A stretch of DNA of 64,000 nt from Thermoanaerobaculia bacterium (GCA_038245905.1 JBBRRY010000007.1:32001-96000); one strand, 5' to 3'; counted from the stretch's first letter, positions 48,026 through 58,972 are shown. Program-made: numbers and translations. Notes: generated from the sequence alone by a model not told the origin.

Positions 48026-50820
48026 GAATCCTCCCTGCCGCCCTCTTTACCGCCGGCGCGGTGTTGTTCGCGGCGCCCGCGCCGGCGGCGACGTTCTACG
48101 GGACCGGGATCGCGTCCCTGTCGTTCCGCGGCGACGCGTCTTTGGACACGCACCGGCTCGAGGCGCTCACCGTGCTCAAGCCGGGACGCACCCTCACGGA
48201 CGAGGCCGTGAGGACGAGCCTCCGCAACCTTTTCGCGACGCGGCTTTTCTCCGACCTCGCCGTCGAGGCATCCCCTTCCCCGGCCGGCGCGATCGTCGTC
48301 GTCGTTTTCGCGGCGGCACCCCGGATCGAGCGTCTCGAGATCTCGCCGGGTGTACCGGCCTCCGGCCGCGTTCTCGACGCCGTGGGGCTCGGGGCGGGTG
48401 ATCCCTGGCAGAACGACCTCAAACCCCGTTACGAAGATGCGATCCGACGCGTTCTCCGCGACCAGGGATACTTCGATCCGAAGGTCGCGATGGTCGTCGA
48501 GGCAGGGGTCGACGAGACGAGCGTGCGCGTCCGCCTCGATGTGCGGAAGGGCCCGCGCGCGACGGCCGGCCCCCCCCGGTTTTCGTCCGCGCTCACGCCT
48601 CTCGACGAGACGGTCCTTCTCGCAAAGGCGAAGTCGAAGTCCGGGAAGCCGTATCGCGGCGCCGCGGCACGGGAAGACGCCGAGCGCTACGCGGCGGCCT
48701 ACCGGCACCTCGGATATTCGCGGGCGGAGGTTCGGCTCGAGGACGAGCGCTACGACGCCGCGTCGACGACGGTCACGCCTTATTACGCGCTCTTTGTCGG
48801 ACCGCGGGTCGTCCTCCGGGTCACCGGAGAGAGCGAGAGCGTGGTGCGGAGGCACCCCGATTCGCCGTGGTCGCGCGGAGAGCCTTCCGACGAGGACTCG
48901 CTTCAGGTTCTGAAGGACGGGCTCCGCCGCACGTATCAGGAAAGTGGCTATGCGCGTGCGAAGGTGGACGTCACGTTCGAGACGACGGCGCACGAAGAGG
49001 TCGTGGCGTTCGCAATCGAAAAAGGGGAACGCTGGACGATCGCCCGGGTGACGGTGGTCGGCGTTCCCAGCCTTCCGAAGAGCGCCGTGTTGGCCGTGCT
49101 TCAGACGCGTGCCCGCGGCCTCCTCGAGAGCGGCCGCTACGTGGACGGAGAGGCCGCCGCGGACCGGGACGCCCTGGAGTCGTTCTACCGTGCGAACGGA
49201 TTCCGCAAGGCCCGCGTCCTGCCGCCCGAGGTAATCGAGGGTGCGTCGCGGGACACTCTGGTCGTCACGTTCCGCGTCGAGGAGGGAATCCGTACGATCG
49301 TGGGCACGCGGACCGTGGTCGGCGTGAAGAGCGTGCCGGAGGACGTCCTCCTTCCCCGGCTCGCCGTCCGCGCGGGACTTCCGTACTCCGAGTCGAACGT
49401 GAGCGACGACGCGGCGCTCCTGCAGTCGCTGTACGTGGACCTCGGATACGTGGACGCGAAGGTGGAAGCCACGGCGCGTTTCCAGGACCCCGTGCCGCCT
49501 GAGGGAGAACGGGCCGAGGTGCTCTACACGGTGACGGAAGGGAAGCCCGTCGTCTTCGGCAAGACGATCCTGCGCGGGAATCGGCGCACGCAGCCCTTCA
49601 TCGTCGAAGACCGCCTCGCGAATAAGGAGGGCTCGCCGTTCTCGCTCACGAAGCTCCTCGAGACGCAGCAGAGCCTCGCGCGCCTCGGAATCTTCCAGAA
49701 GATCGAGCTCTCGACGCTCCCGACGGATCCCGAGACGCTGTCGCGGGCGGTCCTCGTCACCGTTTCCGAGGCGCGGCCGTGGAGCCTCACGTATGGGGTC
49801 GGTGCCGAGTACGCACCGCAGGCGCCCAGCACCCAGCTTTCCGCACGCCTTTCCCTCGGTGTCTCCTACAACAACCTCTTCGGACGCGCCCTCGAAGTGA
49901 GCGGGGAAGGACGCGTCTCGAACCGGGATCCGCGCATCATCCTGTCGGCGCGCGATCGCTCGCTCTTCGGCGGGAAGATTCCGATCTCCCTGGCCGCCTA
50001 CCAGACGAACGATTACTTCTCGGACATCCAGGTCAGGAGGACGGGCGGCTTCCTCCAGGCGGAATATCGGCCTTCGGCCTCGCTCCGGACGGGCCTTCGC
50101 TATCAGTACGAGCTCGTCAGTCCCAGCTCCGATCCCGGGCTCGGAGCGGATCAAAGGCTCAATCAGCCGAGCCGCATCAGCTCGTTTGCCGGAGGCGTGA
50201 CCTGGGACCGCCGCAACGACCCCTTGAACCCGAGCGCGGGCACGTTTCTCGCCGCCGACGTCAAGTACGCGTTTCCATTTCTCGCGGCCGATGCGGACTT
50301 CGTGAAGGTTCTTCTTCAGGCTGCCCTGTATCGTCCCTACGGCGCGACGCGCCTTGTCTTCTCGGTCCGCGGCGGCGTGATCCGGAACACACAGGCGTGT
50401 ACCGTCGTGCCATACGACCCCGCTCTCTGCACCCCCAACCTGATCGTCCCCGTGCCGGAACGCCTGTTCGCGGGTGGCTCGTCCACGCACCGCGCCTTCG
50501 CGCGCGACAATCTCGGCATCAAGGGCGAGACGCTGAACGCGGACGGAGTGGGAGTGGGCGGCACGGTGCAGCTCATCGCGAACGCCGAATGGCGCATTCC
50601 CGTCGCGAGCAGCTTCGAGGTGGCGCTCTTCTTCGACATCGGGAACGTATGGGCCGATCCGAAGAGTGTGGACCTCGGGCTGCTCCGGTCCGGCGCCGGG
50701 GTCGGCCTCCACTATCAAACCCCTGTCGGCCCGATCCGGCTCGAGTACGGCCTGAAGCTGGACCGCTTGCCAGGCGAGGATGCGGGCGCCTTCGCGTTTT
50801 CGGTCGGATATCCCTTCTGA
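48022..50820 (+). CDS. Omp85 family outer-membrane protein (BamA/TamA-like)
   Basis: Several POTRA domains, FAGGSSTHRAF loop, TPVGPIRLEYG, C-terminal FSVGYPF. Confidence 0.9.
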   Translation: MRILPAALFTAGAVLFAAPAPAATFYGTGIASLSFRGDASLDTHRLEALTVLKPGRTLTDEAVRTSLRNLFATRLFSDLAVEASPSPAGAIVVVVFAAAPRIERLEISPGVPASGRVLDAVGLGAGDPWQNDLKPRYEDAIRRVLRDQGYFDPKVAMVVEAGVDETSVRVRLDVRKGPRATAGPPRFSSALTPLDETVLLAKAKSKSGKPYRGAAAREDAERYAAAYRHLGYSRAEVRLEDERYDAASTTVTPYYALFVGPRVVLRVTGESESVVRRHPDSPWSRGEPSDEDSLQVLKDGLRRTYQESGYARAKVDVTFETTAHEEVVAFAIEKGERWTIARVTVVGVPSLPKSAVLAVLQTRARGLLESGRYVDGEAAADRDALESFYRANGFRKARVLPPEVIEGASRDTLVVTFRVEEGIRTIVGTRTVVGVKSVPEDVLLPRLAVRAGLPYSESNVSDDAALLQSLYVDLGYVDAKVEATARFQDPVPPEGERAEVLYTVTEGKPVVFGKTILRGNRRTQPFIVEDRLANKEGSPFSLTKLLETQQSLARLGIFQKIELSTLPTDPETLSRAVLVTVSEARPWSLTYGVGAEYAPQAPSTQLSARLSLGVSYNNLFGRALEVSGEGRVSNRDPRIILSARDRSLFGGKIPISLAAYQTNDYFSDIQVRRTGGFLQAEYRPSASLRTGLRYQYELVSPSSDPGLGADQRLNQPSRISSFAGGVTWDRRNDPLNPSAGTFLAADVKYAFPFLAADADFVKVLLQAALYRPYGATRLVFSVRGGVIRNTQACTVVPYDPALCTPNLIVPVPERLFAGGSSTHRAFARDNLGIKGETLNADGVGVGGTVQLIANAEWRIPVASSFEVALFFDIGNVWADPKSVDLGLLRSGAGVGLHYQTPVGPIRLEYGLKLDRLPGEDAGAFAFSVGYPF

Positions 50821-50825
50821 GAGCG

Positions 50826-50858
50826 GCTGGCCGCGGCTTCGGAGGCGCTGGCCGCGGC
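50826..50858 (+). repeat. 12-bp direct repeat GCTGGCCGCGGC with 21-bp period, upstream of a -10 box
   Basis: Copies at 50826-50837 and 50847-50858. TACAAT at 50871-50876. Confidence 0.5.
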
Positions 50859-50881
50859 CCCTGGCGGGCTTACAATGGTTC

Positions 50882-52258
50882 ATGCCCCGCTTCACCGTGC
50901 TCGAGACGTCCGCTCTGTTCTCGAACCGGATCAAGTACGACTACCTGTTCGAGATGGAGATGTGGCTGAAGGGCCTCGAGCGCTTCTTCCAGATCGATTG
51001 CCTGCCTCTTTCTGCATTCGAACGGTCGCATGCTTCCCTCAAGAATTACGTCGAAGAGGTGGGAGCCGTGCGCGCCGGGCTGGCACACATGGCGATGCTC
51101 GCCACGCAGCTCCTCGGGGAAGGCAAGGAAGATCTCGCGTCATTTCTGCTCTATCTCGACAGCCAGGTCACACGGCCGGGCAGCGGCGAGACGCCGGCCA
51201 GGCGGCGCGGAGGGAATGCCGAGACGGAACTTGCCCTCGTCGTCGAAAAGCTCGACGATTTCGCGAAGATTCTCGACGAGCTTTCGCGGGCTTCCTTCGT
51301 CCCGCTCCAGACGTATCTCTCCTTGGGGCGGATCGTGGTGGGCACGCTTCGGCAGGACCTCAACCTCGGCGTCCTGTTTCGCGAGAACCTGCGCCCCGTG
51401 CTCGACAAGGAGTCGAAGCAGTCGCTCGGCCGCGTGCTCGGAAGCCTGCCAGAGCCCGCACACCGCGGTGCCCTCGCCGCCTTGTTCGTCGCGCTCTTCA
51501 AGGGCCTGCGCTACGCTGAGCAGGCGCGGACGGCGGCCGAGTCGCCCGCGACGCGCAAGCGCGCGCTCTTGATCTTCAGTCTCCTCAAGGGCGAGAGCGA
51601 TTCAATCGCCTCCTTCATCTCGAAGCGGCTCGCGCCGCGATTCTCCGAAGGCTCCGTTCAGGCCGAGAGGCTGCGCCGCATCGTGACCGCGCTCGACGCC
51701 GAGGTCCGGAAAGTCATGGACGTCGAGCTCGTGGACGTCGTCCTCATGAAGGATCCCGCTCTCGTCCTCACCCGTCTCGAGGACGCCGCCGCGCTCCTCA
51801 GGGATCTTCATCAGCAAAGCGTGATTTCGCTCGCGGAGACCTTCTCGTCAGGGCTCGACGAACGCACGCTTTTCCCCGAGTACCGCACGCGGCTCGATCA
51901 AAGCCTCGTTCTCAGGGACGAGCTGGCGAAGCTCGTGAAGGCGACCCACGAATTCGTCAAGTTGCCTGACAAGAAGGCGCTCCGAAGCCTGGTGGTCGAG
52001 CTCGAGTCCTTCCGGCGCAGCGGCATGCGCCATCTCATGTTCAAGGACTGGTCGCTCTTCGAGCGCTTTCTCGCCGGGTTCTCCCGCGAAAGGCCCCCGC
52101 GCTCGTTCCTGCCGGCCGCTCACCAGTTCGAGGGATTCCTGAAGACGCTCGTGAAAGAGATCGGCAAGAGATCGGTCCTCGCGAATCATCCCTTCAAGGG
52201 CTTCCGCCTCGAGGGCGGAGCACCGGCCGCTGGCCCGGGCGCGTCCCGCTACAATTGA
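50882..52258 (+). CDS. Hypothetical all-helical cytoplasmic protein
   Basis: Host-like codon usage over 458 aa, [23 protein letters not shown]. No family recognised. Confidence 0.75.
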   Translation: MPRFTVLETSALFSNRIKYDYLFEMEMWLKGLERFFQIDCLPLSAFERSHASLKNYVEEVGAVRAGLAHMAMLATQLLGEGKEDLASFLLYLDSQVTRPGSGETPARRRGGNAETELALVVEKLDDFAKILDELSRASFVPLQTYLSLGRIVVGTLRQDLNLGVLFRENLRPVLDKESKQSLGRVLGSLPEPAHRGALAALFVALFKGLRYAEQARTAAESPATRKRALLIFSLLKGESDSIASFISKRLAPRFSEGSVQAERLRRIVTALDAEVRKVMDVELVDVVLMKDPALVLTRLEDAAALLRDLHQQSVISLAETFSSGLDERTLFPEYRTRLDQSLVLRDELAKLVKATHEFVKLPDKKALRSLVVELESFRRSGMRHLMFKDWSLFERFLAGFSRERPPRSFLPAAHQFEGFLKTLVKEIGKRSVLANHPFKGFRLEGGAPAAGPGASRYN

Positions 52259-52305
52259 GTCAGCGGGCGCGTCGCGCCGCGCTCGATCGCGAAAGGACCA
52301 GCAAC

Positions 52306-53508
52306 GTGGGATTCGTCTCCGTCACCGAGGCCGCAGCCGCGTACAAGGAAGGCCGCTTCGTCATCATCGTCGACGACGAGGACCGCGAGAACGAAGGCGA
52401 CCTTTGCCTCGCCGCCGAGCACGTCACCTCTGCCGGAATCAACTTCATGGCGCGCGAGGGACGCGGGCTCGTCTGCGTCTCGCTCACGGAGGAGCGCTGC
52501 GATGAGCTGGACCTCCACCCGATGGTCGAGCAGAACACGTCTAACTACGGAACGGCTTTCACGGTCTCCGTCGAGGCCCGCGGCAAGACGACGACGGGAA
52601 TCTCGGCGGCAGACCGGGCGGCGACGGTGAGAACCCTCGTCGACCCGAAGACGAGGCCGCAAGATCTCCTGCGTCCCGGTCATACGTTTCCCCTGCGCGC
52701 CCGCAAGGGCGGCGTCTTGAAGCGGGCGGGGCAGACCGAGGCCTCGGTCGACCTCGCGCGCATCGCGGGCCTCGCGCCGGCCGCCGTCATCTGCGAGATC
52801 ATGAACGAGGACGGCACGATGGCTCGCGTGCCCGACCTTCTCACGTTCGCGGGAAAGCACGACATCCCGATCGTCTCGGTGGCCGACATCATTCGCCACC
52901 GAATGCGTACCGAACGCCTCGTGCACCGGATCGCCTCCCCGATGCTGCCGACCGCCCACGGCATGTTCCGCGTCGTCGCGTATCGGTCCGAGGTCACGCA
53001 CGAGGAGCATGTGGCCCTCGTCGCGGGCACATGGACGGAGGACGAGCCCGTCCTCGTGCGCGTGCACTCGTCCTGCCTCACGGGAGACGTCTTCGGCTCG
53101 GAGCGTTGCGACTGCGGCGCGCAGCTCCACCGCGCGATGGATCTCGTCGGGAAGGAAGGCAAGGGTGTCGTCCTTTATCTGCTCCAGGAGGGCCGAGGGA
53201 TCGGTCTCGTGAACAAGCTGCGCGCCTACGAGCTGCAGGAGCAGGGTCTCGACACGGTGGCCGCGAACGAGAAGCTCGGCTTTGCGCCGGACGTACGGGA
53301 CTATGGCATCGGCTGCCAGATCCTGCGGGATCTCGGCGTGCGGAAGATCCGCCTCCTCACGAACAACCCGTCGAAGTACGTCGCCATCGACGGGTACGGC
53401 CTCGAGATCGTCGAACGCGTCCCGCTCGAGATCCCGCCCACGGACGGCACGCGCGACTATCTGGCCACGAAGAAGGCCAAGATGGGGCACCTGCTGAAGC
53501 TCGTCTGA
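52306..53508 (+). CDS. ribBA: Bifunctional DHBP synthase/GTP cyclohydrolase II
   Basis: [54 protein letters not shown]. Confidence 0.97.
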   Translation: MGFVSVTEAAAAYKEGRFVIIVDDEDRENEGDLCLAAEHVTSAGINFMAREGRGLVCVSLTEERCDELDLHPMVEQNTSNYGTAFTVSVEARGKTTTGISAADRAATVRTLVDPKTRPQDLLRPGHTFPLRARKGGVLKRAGQTEASVDLARIAGLAPAAVICEIMNEDGTMARVPDLLTFAGKHDIPIVSVADIIRHRMRTERLVHRIASPMLPTAHGMFRVVAYRSEVTHEEHVALVAGTWTEDEPVLVRVHSSCLTGDVFGSERCDCGAQLHRAMDLVGKEGKGVVLYLLQEGRGIGLVNKLRAYELQEQGLDTVAANEKLGFAPDVRDYGIGCQILRDLGVRKIRLLTNNPSKYVAIDGYGLEIVERVPLEIPPTDGTRDYLATKKAKMGHLLKLV

Positions 53509-53583
53509 GCTCGTTCCACCGTTCGCGCGGGCGGATTGGCGTTTCCAGACGGTCGATTGGCGCGGAGTGGCCAGACTACGCCC

Positions 53584-53612
53584 TTGAACCGTTGGGAAAG
53601 CGCTCCTACATT
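53584..53612 (+). promoter_or_regulatory. Putative sigma-70 promoter
   Basis: TTGAAC-N17-TACATT upstream of the CARDB gene. Confidence 0.45.
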
Positions 53613-53670
53613 GGTCGCCATCGCGCCAGTCACCAATCAGAAACGTGAACGTCATCGAAAGGACGAACCA

Positions 53671-54630
53671 ATGCGCCACAGCCGCTTGTTCCTTGACGCC
53701 TTCCTCCTCGGGGCGCTCGCCGCGCCACTCGCCGCTCGGGCCCAGCTTCCCGACCTCGTCGTGACGTCGTTCACGGTCACGCCGAGGAGCGTCGCGCCCG
53801 GCGGATCCATCGAGATCGTCTCGGAGATCCGCAACGCCGGCACGGCGCCGGTGCCCGCCCGCGGACCGGCGGCGGCCTCGACGGCCGTCGAGATCCGCCT
53901 CATGAGGGCCGAGACCGACGCCGGCGGCGACCTTCTTGGCGGCTGGGGACCGATTCGCGCCATTCCGGTCGGGGTGAGCGAGCGGTACACGAACCACGGG
54001 ACCATCCCCGCGGGGAAGGCGCCCGGACACTACTTCGCCTGCGCGACCGTCGACGCCGGGCACATCGTTCCCGAGAGCAACGAGTCGAACAACCGCGTCT
54101 GCCTGCCGTTGACGGTGACGGGCGGCGGCCCCGTCCCGGCGATCCCGGGCGGGGATGCCGGTACCATCAGACCCGCCGGGCCCTCGGTCGTCCCGGCCGG
54201 TACGGTCCGCCTCCCGGACCTCGTCGTCACCGGTGTCTCGGTCGGTGCGGTCAGCGGCCTCAGCCGTGCCGCGCAGGTCACGGTGAGAAACATCGGCGCG
54301 GCTCCCGCCACGAACTTCCGTATGGACGCGTACCAGCTCCAGCCGAAGCGCTGGCAGCTCCTCTTCACGGTATGCGCGCAGACGACTCGCGGTGGCTCGG
54401 CGTCGTGCGGAGCCGTCTGGGAGACGGGGAGCCTCGCAGCCGGCGCGACCCGTACGTACCCGGGATGGGTGACGTTCCCGTTGGATCACAAACCCGGGAC
54501 CACCGAGAAGGTGGAGTTCATGGCGGACGGCTGCTTCCCGGCGCTCGAGCCGGCGCTCCCCGCCGCGTGCCGCGTCGCCGAATCGAACGAGGCGAACAAC
54601 ACAGCGGGCGCGGCCATGGGCGTGCCCTGA
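53671..54630 (+). CDS. Secreted protein with two CARDB domains
   Basis: Signal peptide, two LPDLVVT...V.ESNE.NN repeats joined by a Pro/Gly linker. Confidence 0.85.
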   Translation: MRHSRLFLDAFLLGALAAPLAARAQLPDLVVTSFTVTPRSVAPGGSIEIVSEIRNAGTAPVPARGPAAASTAVEIRLMRAETDAGGDLLGGWGPIRAIPVGVSERYTNHGTIPAGKAPGHYFACATVDAGHIVPESNESNNRVCLPLTVTGGGPVPAIPGGDAGTIRPAGPSVVPAGTVRLPDLVVTGVSVGAVSGLSRAAQVTVRNIGAAPATNFRMDAYQLQPKRWQLLFTVCAQTTRGGSASCGAVWETGSLAAGATRTYPGWVTFPLDHKPGTTEKVEFMADGCFPALEPALPAACRVAESNEANNTAGAAMGVP

Positions 54631-54650
54631 ACGCGTGGACGAGGGACCGG

Positions 54651-55330
54651 AGACCGGGGGATTTCTTAGAAGGTAATTGGGCGGGTGCCCGCGGTCGTCA
54701 GTCGCGGTAGCGCTTGGCCAGCTGGTCCGGCGCCTCGCCCCTCTTGACCCTTCTCAGAATCTCCCAGTTCTTCAGAACAGTTTTCATGACGCCCCTTTCG
54801 AGGTAGCGCCGCGGCGAGGTCTCGACCGGGAGGGGAAGGAGCGCGATGCGCCCTTCGGCGCGGAGTCGCCGCGCAAGGTCCCAGTCCTCGAGAAGCGGCC
54901 ACGGGCGGTGGCCGCCGAGGCACTCGTAGACGTCGCGCCGAACGAAAGGGGCCTGGTCGCCATAGGGCATGCGCGTGAACCGGTTGCGGAGGTTCGCCCA
55001 GCCCGCGACCCACGACATCCGCCAGCCCCCGCCGGAGAAACCGAGCCGGAATGCGCCGCCGGCGGCGCCGGCGGCAATCGCCGTGCGAACCGCCGAGTCC
55101 CAGCCAGGCGGGAGGACCGTGTCCGAATGCAGGAAAAGAAGAACGGAAGATTCTTCGAAGGGTAAGAGGGCGGCCGCCTCGCCGAGGCGCTGGCCGCGCG
55201 TTACCGGTGACAGGTGAAGACGAGCGCCTGCCTGCACGAAGGCCTCTTTCACATTCGAAGAAATCCCCAAATCCCCTGCCACGACCAGCGAAACGGGTGA
55301 CTCGGCGCCCGTGACCCTTTCGAAGAAGAT
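54651..55330. repeat. Dispersed motif cluster 6 (two convergent pairs)
   Basis: + core 54663-54671 (AGACCGGGGGATTTCTTAGAAGGT) with - core 54751-54759 (88 bp). + core 55151-55159 (GAAGATTCTTCGAAGGGTAAGAGG) with - core 55254-55262 (103 bp). An extra - core lies at 55319-55327. Confidence 0.8.
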
Positions 55331-55393
55331 CTTCGACGGGGCGGCTTCGGCGACCCCTACAGGCACGATGACGCCGATCGAGAGGGAGCCCAA
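54698..55393 (-). CDS. GT2 glycosyltransferase, TIGR04283-like
   Basis: LLFLHSDTVLP, GAFRLGF, MPYGDQAPFVRR, PLLEDWDL, TSPRRY. Confidence 0.85.
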   Translation of the reverse strand: MGSLSIGVIVPVGVAEAAPSKIFFERVTGAESPVSLVVAGDLGISSNVKEAFVQAGARLHLSPVTRGQRLGEAAALLPFEESSVLLFLHSDTVLPPGWDSAVRTAIAAGAAGGAFRLGFSGGGWRMSWVAGWANLRNRFTRMPYGDQAPFVRRDVYECLGGHRPWPLLEDWDLARRLRAEGRIALLPLPVETSPRRYLERGVMKTVLKNWEILRRVKRGEAPDQLAKRYRD

Positions 55394-55410
55394 GAATCTA
55401 TGATGTCACG

Positions 55411-56043
55411 GTGGCGTACGGTTTCGTCCTGGTCGGCGGTCGGTCTTTGCGTATGGGCCGCGACAAGACCTGCCTCCCGTACAGAGGAAGACCGATGGCG
55501 CTTCACCAGGCTGAAAAGCTCACCGTCGTCTGCGGGAGGGTCGCCCTCGTCGGGAAGGATCCGGCGGCGTTCGCCGGCGCGTCCGTTCCGTACGTAATCG
55601 ACGGGTCCTCCGAGCCCGCGGCCGCGTTTGGCGTCGCCGCGGCGCTCGCCTTCTCGCCCGAGGAGACGAATCTCATCCTGGCGGCGGACGTGCCGCGCTG
55701 CCCCGAGGCTTTTCTGGCGGCCCTCCTCGAGGTGGCCGAGGCGATCCACGCGCCTGCCGTCGTCCCGGTCTCGGGTGGGCGGCCGCAGCCCTTGTGCGCG
55801 GTTTGGCGGCGCTCCGCGCTCGCGCTCCTCCGCACGCGGCTCGACGCGGGTGATTATTCTCTCGTGGCGACCCTTCACGCGCTCCACGCCGTGCTCATCC
55901 CCGAAGAGGCGACGGCCGCAATGCCGGGCGGCGCCCCCCCGAATTTTTTCAACGTCAACACTCCGGAGGAATATGAAGCGCTCGAACGTGAAAACAGGCC
56001 GGACGACCGCGCCAGCGCGGCGCCTCAGCCATCTCGACGCTGA
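55411..56043 (+). CDS. mobA: Molybdenum cofactor guanylyltransferase
   Basis: LVGGRSLRMGRDK, AADVP, QPLCAVW, FFNVNTPEE. Confidence 0.9.
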   Translation: MAYGFVLVGGRSLRMGRDKTCLPYRGRPMALHQAEKLTVVCGRVALVGKDPAAFAGASVPYVIDGSSEPAAAFGVAAALAFSPEETNLILAADVPRCPEAFLAALLEVAEAIHAPAVVPVSGGRPQPLCAVWRRSALALLRTRLDAGDYSLVATLHALHAVLIPEEATAAMPGGAPPNFFNVNTPEEYEALERENRPDDRASAAPQPSRR

Positions 56044-56500
56044 GGGCCGGGCCCGCATGGTGGACGTCTCCGGGAAGCGGGCCACGCTTCGTACGGCGCG
56101 AGCCCGCGCCATCGTCGTGCTGGGAAGGGTCGCCTTTGGCACTCTCGACGCCGCGACGAACCGGAAAGGCGACGCGCTGGCCGTGGCGCGGCTCGCCGGG
56201 ATCCAGGCGGCGAAGCGGACGGCCGAGTGGATTCCGCTCTGCCATCCGCTGACGTTCGACTCGGTGGCCGTTCACCTCACGCCGCGTGTCGCCCGGCTGG
56301 CCGTCGAAATCACGGCGGAGGTCAAGGGGACGGGAAAGACCGGGTACGAAATGGAGGCTCTCGTTGCCGCCACGGCGGCGGCGCTCGCCCTGTATGACAT
56401 GTGCAAGGCGGCGGACAAGGGCATCGAGATCCGGGAGATCACGCTTCTCGAAAAAACCGGTGGCAAGAGCGGGAGCTGGCGCCGGAACAAGGCCCGTTGA
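55988..56500 (+). CDS. moaC: Cyclic pyranopterin monophosphate synthase MoaC
   Basis: LSHLDAEGRARMVDVSGK, IPLCHP, KTGYEMEAL, YDMCKA, KTGGKSG. Confidence 0.96.
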   Translation: MKTGRTTAPARRLSHLDAEGRARMVDVSGKRATLRTARARAIVVLGRVAFGTLDAATNRKGDALAVARLAGIQAAKRTAEWIPLCHPLTFDSVAVHLTPRVARLAVEITAEVKGTGKTGYEMEALVAATAAALALYDMCKAADKGIEIREITLLEKTGGKSGSWRRNKAR

Positions 56501-56526
56501 GCTAGACTCGATCGCAAGGAAACGGT

Positions 56527-57540
56527 ATGGGACAGGCACTCATCGACGGGCACGGACGCCGGATCACCTACGTGCGGATTTCGGTGACGGACCGCTGCAA
56601 TCTCCGCTGCATCTACTGCATGCCCGAGGACCAGAAGTTCCGCCCGATGCCCCACCTCCTGTCGCGCGAAGAGATCCGGCGCTCCGCGCGCCTCCTCGCT
56701 GATTTTGGGGTCGAGAAGATCCGCATCACGGGCGGAGAGCCGACGACGCGTCCGGACCTCGTCGGGATCGTGAGCGACCTTGCCGCGATCGGCTTTCCGG
56801 GCGGCATCGCGCTCTCGACGAACGGCGTCCTCTTTCCCAGGATGGCGCACGACCTCCTCGCCGCGGGTCTCACGAAGGTCAACGTCTCTCTGGACGCCGC
56901 GGAAGCCGAGCACTTTCGGAAGATGACCCGGCGAGACCACTTCCAGCCGGTGCTCGACTCGATCGCTCTCGCGCTTTCACTTCCGTTTGACTCCGTGAAG
57001 ATCAACGCCGTCGTCATCCGTGGACTCAACGACGACCAGATCCTTCCGCTCGCGGCGATGACGAAAGACAAAAAGCTCGGCGTGCGGTTCATCGAGTTCA
57101 TGCCGTTCGGCGACAACGACTGGAAGGACTCCGACTGGGTGGGCTGGGCGGAGGTCTGGGATCGCCTGGTCGCCGCCGGCTACGAGCTGACTCCGATCGA
57201 GAAGACTCTCGTGGCGGGACCCGCCGACGAGTATTCCGTCACGTCGCCCGCCGGTGTACACACGGGAACGCTCGGTTTCATCACGCCGGTCTCGGATCGG
57301 TTTTGCGATACGTGCAACCGCATGCGGCTCACGCAGGACGGTTTCCTCAAAGGCTGCCTCTTCGGCCACGCGGACGTCGACCTTTTGAAGCCAATGCGCG
57401 CCGGAGCGTCCGACGAGGACCTGCGCGCCCTCGTGGCGCGCGCGGCGGCGATCAAGGAAGAGCGGCATCCCATGTTCGTCGGGATGAACAAGTCGACCCT
57501 GCCGCTGCATGCGCGCAACATGAGCGAGATCGGCGGCTGA
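56527..57540 (+). CDS. moaA: GTP 3',8-cyclase MoaA
   Basis: CNLRCIYC, TGGEP, RFIEFMP, FCDTCNRMRL..GCL, C-terminal IGG. Confidence 0.97.
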   Translation: MGQALIDGHGRRITYVRISVTDRCNLRCIYCMPEDQKFRPMPHLLSREEIRRSARLLADFGVEKIRITGGEPTTRPDLVGIVSDLAAIGFPGGIALSTNGVLFPRMAHDLLAAGLTKVNVSLDAAEAEHFRKMTRRDHFQPVLDSIALALSLPFDSVKINAVVIRGLNDDQILPLAAMTKDKKLGVRFIEFMPFGDNDWKDSDWVGWAEVWDRLVAAGYELTPIEKTLVAGPADEYSVTSPAGVHTGTLGFITPVSDRFCDTCNRMRLTQDGFLKGCLFGHADVDLLKPMRAGASDEDLRALVARAAAIKEERHPMFVGMNKSTLPLHARNMSEIGG

Positions 57541-57546
57541 TTTCCG

Positions 57547-58059
57547 GTGCGCGTCGCGATCCTGACGATCTCGGATCGCTCGTATCATGGCGAGCGCGCC
57601 GACAAGGGAGGACCGGCCGTCGCGGACGCCGTGTCCCGGCTCCTGGCCGGCGCCGTCGTCGTGGAACAGACGATTCTCCCCGACGAACGTGACGACATCG
57701 CCTGGAACCTCAAACGGCTCGCGGACACGGGGGCGGCAGATCTCGTCCTCACGACGGGGGGGACGGGACTCTCCCCGCGAGACGTCACGCCGCAGGCGAC
57801 TCTCGACGTTCTCGACTACCAGGTACCGGGCCTGGCGGAAATCATGCGGGAGACGACGCGTACATCCGTCCCCACCGCAATTCTGTCGCGCCAGGTCGCG
57901 GCCGTGTGCGGTCGCACCCTCATCGTGAACCTCCCGGGCTCGCCCCGTGGCGCCGTGGAGTGTCTCGAGGCGGTGGCCTCCGTCCTCGGCCACGCAGTCG
58001 CCACTCTTCGCGGTGAGTCGGGCGACGATCATCCCGGTCTACGCGGGGAGCGCCGTTGA
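57547..58059 (+). CDS. mogA: Molybdopterin adenylyltransferase (MogA/MoaB)
   Basis: ILTISDR, TTGGTGLSPRDVTP, NLPGSP. Confidence 0.9.
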   Translation: MRVAILTISDRSYHGERADKGGPAVADAVSRLLAGAVVVEQTILPDERDDIAWNLKRLADTGAADLVLTTGGTGLSPRDVTPQATLDVLDYQVPGLAEIMRETTRTSVPTAILSRQVAAVCGRTLIVNLPGSPRGAVECLEAVASVLGHAVATLRGESGDDHPGLRGERR

Positions 58060-58078
58060 ACCCTACAATCCGTCTCGC

Positions 58079-58972
58079 GTGAACCGGCGGCTCTTTCTCG
58101 CTGTTCTTGTCGGGCTCTCCGCGCCGTTTCGGGCAGCGGCAGCGGCACGCACGCGCCGGATCCTGCGGCTGAAGAACGGCACGGTCGAAGAGGTTCCGCT
58201 CGAGGACTACGTGGCGGCCGTCCTGCCGCCGGAGATCGGCCGGGCGCCCGCGGCGGCGCTCGAGGCGCAGGCGGTCGCGGCGCGCTCGTACGCGCTCGCG
58301 CGCGCCGAGCGCCATCTGGAGGACGGAGCGGACTTGTGCGACGGGACCCATTGCCAGGTCTTTCGCGGACTCGCCGCGGCCACTCAGGATTCGCGGCGCG
58401 CGGCGGCCGCCACCAAAGGCCTCGTTCTCACGCAGAATGGCAGGGTCATCGCGGCCCCGTTCCATGCGGTCTGCGGCGGACGAACGACACGTCCCCGCGA
58501 CGTCTGGGACGACGAGGAGATTCCCGAGCTCGCCTCGGTCGAGGACGACGCGTGTCTCGGGGTGCCTGGCTCCACCTGGTCTTTCACGATTCCTCGAGCC
58601 GCTCTCCCGTCGCTTACGAGCTCGCTCGGTTTCCCGGAGGCACGCCTTCTGGAAGTGTACGGTCACGACGCGAGCGGGCGCGTGTCGATGGTGCGCTTCG
58701 TGGCGCCCGGCGGCCAATCGCACGTGGCGCGCGGCTTCGAATTTCGCAAGGCCGCCTCGGAGATCTGGGGATGGGCCTCGGTGCGCTCGACGGATTTCAC
58801 GGTCGAGGAAACGAGGCCCGCCTACGTGCTGTCCGGACGAGGTACGGGGCACGGCGCCGGGATGTGCCAGGCCGGGGCGATCGTACGGGCGAGAAGGGGT
58901 GAGAGCCGGGACGCGATACTCGGCCTTTACTATCGAGGCGCTGTCGTGACCCTCGTCGGCCCCCGTGAGTAG
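58079..58972 (+). CDS. SpoIID/LytB domain protein (lytic transglycosylase-like)
   Basis: PLEDYVAAV, ALEAQAVAARSY, CDGTHCQVF, GTGHGAGMCQ. Confidence 0.88.
   Translation: MNRRLFLAVLVGLSAPFRAAAAARTRRILRLKNGTVEEVPLEDYVAAVLPPEIGRAPAAALEAQAVAARSYALARAERHLEDGADLCDGTHCQVFRGLAAATQDSRRAAAATKGLVLTQNGRVIAAPFHAVCGGRTTRPRDVWDDEEIPELASVEDDACLGVPGSTWSFTIPRAALPSLTSSLGFPEARLLEVYGHDASGRVSMVRFVAPGGQSHVARGFEFRKAASEIWGWASVRSTDFTVEETRPAYVLSGRGTGHGAGMCQAGAIVRARRGESRDAILGLYYRGAVVTLVGPRE

Noticed and set aside
51639-51651. Isolated motif-like hits (GATTCTCCGAAGG here; also about 6218 and 29611)
   Set aside because: Degenerate and without a clear convergent partner or conserved tail, so they are not counted as clusters.
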